Source of the DNA: Octopus vulgaris
Lineage: Eukaryota
Length of the DNA: 64,000 bases
Assembly (NCBI GenBank): GCA_951406725.2
Contig: OX597832.1
Coordinates: 6,014,001-6,078,000 of the forward strand
Direction: 5' to 3'
The position numbers and the translations under genes are program-made. Of this stretch, positions 53,489 through 64,000 are shown one piece after another. The notes beneath the pieces were generated by a model. That model saw only the letters and a program-made list of their open reading frames with translations, searched no databases and was not told where the DNA came from. Numbering within the stretch: position 1 is the stretch's first letter; every line of letters begins with the position of its first letter.

Positions 53489-53773
53489 GAGCGACTGACC
53501 TCCCTTGTTCGAAGGTTATATGGATACAGTTTGTGTATCAAATAGCTAACTTAAGGCGATGGCCTCATGGAGCTAATAAGCAGACAGCTTTTTTCTTATT
53601 TTTATAAGAATGCCATATTAGTATGGCGATAACTATTATTTTCCGGGAACGCTGCCGCTGTTCTCTTTTAGAGAGACTTAGTAATTTTAATATTTCTATT
53701 ATTGAAAACAAGTGGATGTATTCCACCGAAACTAGGTAAATAAAACCATCGAACAGAGATTGTCGGAAGCGAC

Positions 53774-53850
53774 ACCTACTGGCTGGCTACGCTGCATTGA
53801 AAAGGGGCAATACTCCGAAACGCGTCTGTAGCTGCCGGTCAAGTAGTGTG
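53774..53850 (+). ncRNA. Type I hammerhead ribozyme, U3-A8 core variant (copy 2)
   Basis: Identical core to copy 1; predicted cut after 53826. Confidence 0.85.
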
Positions 53851-54135
53851 GAGCAACTGACCTCCCTTGTTCGAAGGTTATATGGATACAGTTTGTGTAT
53901 CAAATAGCTAACTTAAGGCGATGGCCTCATGGAGCTAATAAGCGGACAGCTTTTTTCTTATTTTTATAAGAATGCCATATTAGTATGGCGATAACTATTA
54001 TTTTCCGGGAACGCTGCCGCTGTTCTCTTTTAGAGAGACTTAGTAATTTTAATATTTCTATTATTGAAAACAAGTGGATGTATTCCACCGAAACTAGGTA
54101 AATAAAACCATCGAACAGAGATTGTCGGAAGCAAC

Positions 54136-54212
54136 ACCTACTGGCTGGCTACGCTGCATTGAAAAGGGGCAATACTCCGAAACGCGTCTGTAGCTGCCGG
54201 TCAAGTAGTGTG
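54136..54212 (+). ncRNA. Type I hammerhead ribozyme, U3-A8 core variant (copy 3)
   Basis: Identical core to copy 1; predicted cut after 54188. Confidence 0.85.
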
Positions 54213-54423
54213 GAACGACTGACCTCCCTTGTTCGAAGGTTATATGGATACAGTTTGTGTATCAAATAGCTAACTTAAGGCGATGGCCTCATGGAGCTAA
54301 TAAGCGGACAGCTTTTTTCTTATTTTTATAAGAATGCCATATTAGTATGGCGATAACTATTATTTTCCGGGAACGCTGCCGCTGTTCTCTTTTAGAGAGA
54401 CTTAGTAATTTTAATATTTCTAT

Positions 54424-54472
<49 letters not shown>

Positions 54473-54487
54473 ATGCATACATACATA

Positions 54488-55687
54488 TTCCAGGGAGAAA
54501 AACTAGAAGTAGTTGATAGTTTCCATTACCTAGGTGATCAAGTCAGTAGCGGGGAAGGGCGCACTGAAAGTATAGCTGCTAGAATAAGAATAGCCTGGGC
54601 AAAGTTCAGAGAGCTCTTACCTCTGCTGGTGACAAAGGGCCTCTCGCTCAGAGTAAAAGGTAGACTGTATGACGCATGTGTACGAACAGCCATGCTACAT
54701 GGCAGTGAAACATGGGCTGTAACTGCTGAGGACATGCATAGCTCACAAGGAATGAAGCCAGTATGCTCTGATGGATGTGTAATGTCAATGTGCATACTCA
54801 ACAGAGTGTAAGCGCCCTAAGAGAAAAGTTGGACCTAAGAAGCATCAGATGTGGTGTGCAAGAGAGACAACTGCACTGGTATGGTCACGTGGTGAGAATG
54901 GATGAGGATAGTTGTGTGAAGAAGTGCCACACCCTAGCTGTTGAGGGAACCTGTGGAAGAAATAGACCCAGGAAGACCCAGAAATAGACCCAGGAAGACT
55001 TGGGATGAGGTGGTGAAGCATGACCTTCAAACATTAGGCCTCACTGAGGCAATGACTAGTAACTGAGACCTTTGGAAATATGCTGTGCTTGAGAAGACCC
55101 AGCAAGCCAAGTGAGACCATAACCTCGTGGCCTATGCCAGGGGTGTAACCAGCCGACTTTATGTCTACCTTTTCTTCATTGGACACTAAACTCTGCTAGC
55201 AAAGACCTGTTGAGGCAAGTGAAATCGAAATCAAATTCGATGACTGGCATCCATTCTAGTGGAGCGCTAAGAGCACCATCCGAGCGTGATCGTTGCCAAA
55301 GCAGTAAACTGGCTTCCGTGCTGGTGGCACGTGAAAAGCATCATTCAAGCGTGATCGTTAACAACATCACCTTACTGGCACGTGAAAAAACATTCGAGCA
55401 AGGTCGTTGCCAGTGCCGCTGGACTGGCTCCTGTGCAGGTGACACGTAAAAAAATACCATTTGAGCATGGCCGTTGCAGTACCATCTGACTGGCCCTCGT
55501 GCAGGTGGAACGTAAAAGCACCCACTACAATCTTGGAGTGGTTGGCGTTAGGAAGGGCATCCAGCTGTAGAAACTTTACCAGATCAGATTGGAGCCTGTT
55601 GCAGCCATCTGGTTCGCCAGTCCTCAGTGAAATCGTCCAACCCATGCTAGTTTGGAAAGCTGACGTTAAACGATGATGATGATGATA
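54488..55687 (+). mobile_element. RTE-clade LINE 3' portion with 3' UTR and (GAT)n tail
   Basis: VDSFHYLG...ARIRIAWAKFREL...KGRLYDACVRTAMLHGSETW...LHWYGHVVRM. The tail is shared with SINE copies at 46830-46980, 48270-48460, 52434-52810 (-) and 62870-63207. Confidence 0.88.
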
Positions 55688-56603
55688 TATACATACACAC
55701 ACACACGTATATACATGTGTGAGTGTGTGTTGGTGAGAGATGGCAAAATTGGTGTTTTGAACCAAAAATACCTTGTGGTTTCATCCCAGTCATGTACTTT
55801 TGTGCTTGGCCAACTCTGTCAAGGAAGCTAAAACAAGTACCAGATGGATATAATTGATTAAACTCCTCAAAGGTGAAGCCCCACCTGGGCCAGTTCAATG
55901 ACTGAAACCATTAAAAGAAAGATGTTACTTCAAAAATATTAAAAAGCAAATCAAAAGTATGCCAGCTGTGTGACTCGGATTATCAAAATAGCTGACATAC
56001 GCAGAGACAACAGCACTGTAACGGATTTATGATGCAGATGGAGGATAAATGCGGGATATAATTTAACTATGTATGGCATGGGTGATATCAACAGTGGATA
56101 TAATACATTGTGTACTTGAAGTGGATATAATACATTGTGTACTTGAAGTTAAAGTAGATCAAGTTTGAGATGATCAGAGAAATAGGCTGTCGAAATCATG
56201 CCAGCAAGGAAAACAGATTTTATATAGTTCTCTTTTTTTGACGAGGGGAGGGGGGGCACAGTGGATCTCGAAACACAAAGCTATAAATAATATAGAATGT
56301 AAATATCGAGTTAAAAACCCTTTAAATAAAAAAAGTGAAAGGCTTATGACTCTAAAAATATATAAGCTAAAAAAGAAAAAAAAATACTACCAAAATTACA
56401 ACTGTGTGAGATATAACACCATACTGATGGAATAATACAAGGTGAGACACATTCCGATCCGACCGCTGAATGGTGAAAATTAACGTCGTTTCAACAGCTT
56501 GTAATATTAGTAGTCATTCAACAGCGTCGAAGATTATAGATGACAAACATTTATATCCACTAGAAATACTAAATAAATGTTTACTACGAGGATAACTACT
56601 TAC

Positions 56604-56778
56604 CATGTGCCCCGATAGCCGCCATCCCGACAGCTAAAGCACCAGAGATGCCGGCCAACCGAACAAAATTAGTTCCAGGAGCATTTGATAACATTACTTC
56701 TTTCACCTGTTCAGCAACAACACTCTGTTTGGGAAGCAGCGAAGCGACTGCATTACTAATTCCGTAAAGCATATCCAT
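56604..56778 (-). CDS. TMEM256: TMEM256 homolog, coding exon 1 (MDMLYGIS...FVRLAGISGALAVGMAAIGAH)
   Basis: ATG at 56778. The translation matches the TMEM256/DUF423 N-terminal motif (F.RL..LSGA.A.G...YGAH). Ends at a phase-1 donor, G|GTAAGT, at 56603. Confidence 0.93.
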
Positions 56779-56779
56779 G

Positions 56780-57210
56780 ATGACAAGATGTGTAGAACTG
56801 CCGCAAATCGCTAAAGTAATTTTAACATGAACACGTCTGACGCGCGACCTTGTCCTACACAACGCAATAAACAAATGAAAGTGCTTTATTTAGTAAACAC
56901 CGCCTTCCCATAACACTAACTTCCTGTACTGCAGCATTAATTACGTTAGCCATCTGTTTTCTGCGATAAATATTCGTAAAATTTTACCACTAAAATTGAA
57001 CGGTGAGACAAAATGTGATATGATTAAATATTTCATCGTATTTTTCCAATATGATTTATTTCGTATCTTTATTTCTTCGTCATGCTGTTGACTGTTCTGT
57101 ATTTTACTAAGATGTAGGTTTATTTTTATACACATACATCATCAGCTGAAAAGTCATTGAAACAAGACAACGAACAGGTGCACGAATTAAGGGAAATGGC
57201 TACAAGTGAG
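56780..57210. promoter_or_regulatory. TMEM256 5' UTR/promoter region, possibly bidirectional
   Basis: Non-repetitive and comparatively CpG-retaining sequence upstream of the ATG. Has a ZNF143/Staf-like TTCCCATAACAC (56905-56916) and an ETS-like ACTTCCTG (56919-56926). Confidence 0.45.
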
Positions 57211-57774
57211 TATTCAGACCGGATCGCACACTCTTGATTTAGAATTATTTCAAAATAAAATTTAAAAAATAATTCTTATATCCAGAGAAACTGTTGAATA
57301 TCCACGGAGGAAAGACAATTTCCCGGTGAACTGGAATTTGTTGTTATGTAGCTCTAAGTCAATACCAATTGTATTCATACCATGAACACCCGCACTTAGC
57401 ATATTCTTTTATTCCTATATTTGTTTCAGTCATTTGACTGCGGCCATGCTGGAGCACAGCCTTTTAGTCGAACAAATCGACTCCAGGACTTATTCTTTGT
57501 AAGCTTGGTACTTATTCCATCGGCCTTTTTTGTCAAACCGCTAAGTTATAGGGACATAAACACACCGATCGTTAAGTGATAGTGGGGGGTGGGGCAAAAA
57601 TAAACATAAAGGCACACATAAATATATACATATATATACGACGGGCTTCTTTCAGTAGAAGACACTCAACCAAGGTGCCACGCAGTGGGACTGAACACCA
57701 CACCATGTGGTTGGTAAGCAAGCTACTTACCACACAGCCATATATATATATATATACACACATATATTATATAT

Positions 57775-58217
57775 CATCATCATCACGTCCAGACCAATCT
57801 TACGCACTAATACTCTCTCATACACACACACACACACACACACACACTTATACATACTAATACATACACCAACCCTATACATACACACATCCAGACCCCT
57901 CCCACGCACTTTTAGCTGGTCCCTCAACCCTTTTATCAACCCTATTATCTCCCCTTATTTCGCTCTCGCGTCTCATGTTTGATCTTTGACCTCTGGCCGA
58001 AATCAGATCGCCATGTTGATTCGTTAGCTACTGCACGCATTTTTTTTCTCTCCTTCTTTCTGTGTTTTTCTCTCTCTGTGTATCTTTCTGTTGAAGAGCG
58101 TAGGCTCGAAACGTTAAAGACTTGTTTTATTTATATTTCCTGAGCGCCATACTAATACAATTGTTCGTTTGTTTTCCACCTGCCTTCGTCTTTTGTTTAT
58201 TTTCATAAAGCTTCCCG

Positions 58218-58218
<1 letters not shown>
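57775..58218 (+). mobile_element. Same PLE-like repeat family, longer copy (motif at 58083-58120)
   Basis: CA-rich leader, then a body shared with 52163-52370; ends in (TA)n. Confidence 0.6.
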
Positions 58219-58262
<44 letters not shown>

Positions 58263-58283
58263 CATGTATATGTATATATATGT

Positions 58284-58323
<40 letters not shown>

Positions 58324-58367
58324 AGAGAGAGAGTGTGTGTGTGTTAGGTGTGATGTACAGAAACTGA

Positions 58368-58646
58368 ATATTGAGAAAAAAAGTTGTCAGAATTTTGGAA
58401 AAAAAATCTTTTTAATTTCTTCATTATTATTAGTGCATGCATTCCATTCTCAAATTCATCAAATAAATTTTTGTGAATGTACAAACAGCTTGTTCATTTA
58501 TATAAAACAGATGTTTTGGTGGGGTGGGGTTTTGCTTAGAGGAAAACATTATTTTTGCTTTTTGGGTGAGATTCTATGGAAATGGAGATGGATAGATAGA
58601 AATATAGGTAGGTAGATGGGCTGAATGATTGATTGATTGATTGATT

Positions 58647-58679
<33 letters not shown>

Positions 58680-61600
58680 GGAGAGAGAGAGAGAGAGCGA
58701 GAAAGAAGGGGTATCCCTCTTCCTATTCATTCATTTATTTAGTCCCTTACCATTGTATTGGAATGGGTTTAAACCGGCCAAATCCGGCCCAATATATTCT
58801 ATATGTTTTATATTCAAACTGGCGATATCTAGCCTCTCACTCCTAACCTACAATGCCATTCTGAAAATAAACAATCACATATTTAGTCCTTTACCATTGT
58901 ATTGGAATGGGTTTAAGGATGGTGGCCTCTTCAAAAAAATAAAAACAGGTGCAATTTGGTCATCACTGAAAATCATTTTGCTTTCTTTCCCTCTTCCCTT
59001 CACCTTTTTTCCTCTTTCTTTCTTTTTCTCCTCTTTGGGTTGTATTTAGAATACAAAATGTTCTCTCTCCTCTTCCAAACATTCAATTTTGGAGGGAATT
59101 TTTTGATAAAATGTAGTCTGTAAAAGGGGAAAATTTAGAATTTTCTGTCACTGCATATTTCCAGATGCGCTTAATGGAATCTTCCGTTATTCCTCTTATC
59201 GGATATGTTGCCTGTGGATTCTTGCATAATGGCAGAGGGAATTATTTGTTTCACCAATGTAATTTTCTTTGCAGTTTGGACAGGTAATGCAGTATATGAG
59301 GTTTTGCATTTTGCAGTTCATACCTGCATTTATTTTGGAAAGGGATCTGCTCTTGAATTCCATGTGAGAACCACTTCCAAGTGTTTGAAGTCGTTGATGT
59401 TGTTGCATGTTCCACATCTCCTATCTCCACATTCTTTTACTAAGAATTATGATTCATTCTCTGATTTGAATTCTGCCCTTGTGAGGTGTGTTTTAAGATT
59501 TTTTGGTTGGCATCTGCAATTCCGTAAGGTGTTTTTTTAATCAGATTTTTCATTTTGGAGTTTTGTAGGAGTATTGGTAAGTTCAATTTTATAGTGTGAA
59601 ACATGTTGGTTATTCCAGAACTGTGTGTGTTAACGAATGGAATTATGTTTTCATTAGCCTTTTCCTTAGGTGCCTGTAGTTGGTGATGTTTAGTTTCATC
59701 ACCTTTTTAATTCCCTCATTAATTAATCCTTAGGGGTATTTCTGCATTGCGAGGAAGCCTTTGAGTTCATTGAGTCAGATTTCACATATTTTGGGGTCAG
59801 TCACTATAGCACAGATGAGTCTTGCCATGCTGTATAGGATGTTTCTTATTTCTTTACCACCCACAAGAGGCTAAACACAGGACAGACAAACGGATTAAGT
59901 CGATTATATCGACCCCAGTGCGTAACTAGTACTTATTTAATCGACCCCGAAAGGATGAAAGGCAAAGTCGACCTCGGCGGAATTTGAACTCAGAACGTAA
60001 CGGCGGATGAAATACGGCTACGCATTTCGCCGACGTGCTAACGTTTCTGACAGCTCACCGCCTTATAGGATGTTTCTTTTGATGTGTGATGGATGGCAAG
60101 AGTAGAAATTTGAATATTGGTGTGTGTCAGTTTTTTTGTAAAATATGTCTGTTGTAACTGTGGAGTTCTGTATTTTTATGTGGATATCGAGGAATGGTAG
60201 TTCATTGCAACAGGATTCTGTCATGAATTTGATGGATGAGTGAAGTGTGTTCAGTATATTGTTAAATATATTTAGATCTTCATTCAATTTGTCCCAGAAG
60301 ATGAAGCAATCATCAAGGAAGTGTTTCCATTTTTTAATGATATATTTCTTGTACTCCTGATCAAAAGTTTTTCCACTTCCTCATAAAGTTTTCTCCCAAG
60401 TATCCCATACCTAAGTTTGCATATGAGGGTGCAAACCGCATACTGATAGCCATGCCCTTTATCTGTTGGTTAGTTTTATTGTCGAATCTAAAGGTATTTT
60501 CTTCTAGTACTAGGTGTGTGGCCTTGGTGATGAAGTGAGTCTTGAAGCATTCATTTATCCATTCTCTCTGTTTCTCTACCCAATGTTTGATTGCTTCCAG
60601 GCCTAAAGTGTGAGGTATATCAGTGTAGAGATTGATAACATCAAAACTTTCGAGTATAGTGCCTTCTGCCTCAGTGGGAGGGATGTTTTAAATGGAATCT
60701 ATGCCATCCCGTACATAACTGGGTATTAGAGGGCACAAAAGTTTTAGGAGTATATCTAAAAAATGACTTTGTTGTTGCGTTGGTGCTTGAGGTCCAGCTT
60801 CCATGCTTTTTTCACCAATCAGGATATATGGGATATTTTATCATAAATCGTAGGTTGCGTCAGTTATGATAATGCTTATTATTCATATTGTAGTTCCTGT
60901 GTTGTCCCTATTTTATTTGTCTTTCTTCCCATGTATTCATCCATCTAGGGTACATATTATTACAGGTTGATGGTTGTCTATATGTTATTTGTCTTTCATG
61001 TTTTTCTTTTCCTTTGTATTTATCCATCTATGGTGTTTGAAATTATGGGTTGATGGTTGTCTTCTATATTTCATGTGTTGGCCATTTGCAGTGTTATGTA
61101 TTGTAGAATATGGGTTTCTAGTGAGTACTTGGGGTGAGATGGAGGTAATTTTTGTGTATGTTCTTGGGTAATTAGGGGTTTGATACCTTAATCCAGTTAT
61201 CCAGTTCCACAGGGGTTGGTGTCTATGTTTGTTTTCAATTTCATTGTATTTCTTTTTCTGTGGTTTCGTTTTCATAATGGATTTATCTCCTAGGTTTTTT
61301 CCATAGTTAATGAACCACTCTTGTTTTCCCCACATTTTTATGGCTTTTTCTTCTTCCTGCTTCTTTCTATAGTTTTTGCAGTTTTTCATGACATTGATTG
61401 TCACTCTGCTAAGCTATTTCAGCAAATATAACTGCATCAGTATTTTTTACTTTCTCTTTGTGTCTTATTTTTCATGATTTTATATTCTAAATATAACTCA
61501 GAGGAGAAAAAGAAAGAGGAAAAGAGAAAGAAAAGGGGAAGAGAAAAGGAAAGCAAAATGATTTTCAGTGATGACCAAACTGAACCTGTTTTTTTTTTTT

Positions 61601-61952
61601 TTTGAAGAGGTCACCTTCCTTAAACCCATTCTAATACAATAGTAAAGGACTAAATAAATAAATAGATGGTGAATAGGAAGTGGGATATCCCTTCTTTCTC
61701 TTTCTCCCTCTACCTATCTGTCTGACCATCCATCCATCCACCTATCTCCATTGTCATGGAGCCTCAGCCAAAAAAACAAAAACAATGTTCCCTTCTAAAC
61801 AAAACTCCCAAAAAAATCTGTTTTATATAAATGAACAAAACTGTTTGTACATTCACAAAATTCTATTTGACAAGTTCCAGAAACAATGAAAGCCCTAATA
61901 ATGAAGAAATAAAAAGATTTATTTTTCCAAGATTGTGATGACTTTTTTCTCA

Positions 61953-61955
<3 letters not shown>
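58368..61955 (-). mobile_element. Second decayed Penelope-like element with long inverted terminal repeats
   Basis: Minus-strand motifs FDVINLYTDIPH, PSYANLGMGY, HFLDDCFIFW and NLIYCITCPNCKENYIGET. 58368 to about 59040 is the inverted copy of about 61500-61955. Confidence 0.85.
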
Positions 61956-62872
<917 letters not shown>

Positions 62873-63201
62873 CCAGCTCTGTCTGGCCCCGTGTCGGTGG
62901 CACGTAAAAGCACCATCCGTTCGTGTCCGTTGCCAGCATTGCCTGGCCCCGTGCCGGTGACACGTAAAAGCACCATCCGTTCGTGGCCGTTCGCCAGCTC
63001 TGTCTGGCACCTGTGCAGGTGGCACGTAAAAAACACCCACTACACTCGCGGAGTGGTTGGCGTTAGGAAGGGCATCCAGCCGTAGAAACACTGCCAGATC
63101 TGACTGGGCCTGACGAAGCCTTCCAGCTTCACAGACCCCAGTTGACCCGTCCAACCCATGCTAGCATGGAAAGCGGACGCTAAACGATGATGATGATGAT
63201 G

Positions 63202-63281
<80 letters not shown>

Positions 63282-63308
63282 CATACATATATATATATTA
63301 TATATATG

Positions 63309-63341
<33 letters not shown>

Positions 63342-64000
63342 GTATACATATATATATTTTTCACTTCCCAGAGCGTTAAACTAATACATCTGTTTGTTGT
63401 CTACACCACTTGTTTTCGCCTTTTTTTTATTTTTGTGAATTCTCCCTATATATATGTGTGTGTGTGTATAACTCCTCATAACTTTAGGCAGGTGGGATTT
63501 TCAGAAAACATTTGCAAATTTGTGTTCTACACATGGGAATTCATATGATTATGAAAACAAAATTATCTTTCCAAACACCTCCCCACTCATAAATCCTAAA
63601 AGTTTCGCTCTTTTTCAAGTTTTTCTTTTTTAATTGGTGTTTCAAATATGGACAGCCCAAATATTTTGCTTAAATCCCAGCAATGAACCACCCTTGGGTG
63701 CATCAGCATTCCATTAAATGGGTTTATAAGAAGAAAAATATTGAAAAGCATTAATACATGTCAAATTGACAAAAATAATGAAGAAAGTGTCAGGTGGTCT
63801 TGAGATGTGCTAAAAATAACAGCTAAATCGCCCTTAAATCATACACAATTATTTATTTATTTGTTTATTTTGCTGGATCGTATGAATTCCCGTGTGTTGA
63901 ATGAAAATTCACAATAATTTTCTGAAATTTCCAAAAACATAAAAAAGTTATGAGTTGGTTATATGGGGTGTTTAAACCAGAATTCAGCCAAATATGATAC

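Larger units (their letters stand above)
53342..54426 (+). mobile_element. Tandem array of three 362-bp units, each with a type I hammerhead ribozyme (retrozyme/PLE pLTR-like)
   Basis: Units start at 53342, 53704 and 54066, with about 4 substitutions seen in total. A 52-bp inverted fragment lies at 53295-53346 and (TA)n flanks both sides. Confidence 0.88.

Noticed and set aside
56779-56874. Upstream extension of the 92-aa ORF 56596-56874
   Set aside because: It starts at a non-ATG codon and the ORF end runs through the splice donor. The real exon is taken as 56778-56604.

Overview
AT-rich, repeat-dominated eukaryotic DNA with many microsatellites. The SINE/LINE families look like those of an octopod cephalopod; this is an inference from family recognition, not a database result. 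One intact gene is supported: a 4-exon TMEM256 homolog on the minus strand (CDS 56778 down to 40264, 145 aa, canonical GT-AG introns). The rest is mostly tRNA-derived SINEs, decayed Tc1/mariner/pogo DNA transposons, MITEs, an R2/Hero-like RLE retrotransposon, RTE and CR1 fragments, and two decayed Penelope-like elements (PLEs) with inverted terminal repeats. The most striking unexplained signal is a dense set of type I hammerhead ribozyme (HHR) motifs, about 11 in 64 kb. These include a young 3 x 362-bp tandem array in TMEM256 intron 1, where each unit carries a complete HHR with a compensatory U3-A8 core pair (retrozyme/circRNA-like), and a canonical HHR in a chimeric repeat inside a mariner. 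There are also relic exons of a probable Ly6/uPAR-type pseudogene. Most ORFs in the supplied track are microsatellite or repeat artefacts.
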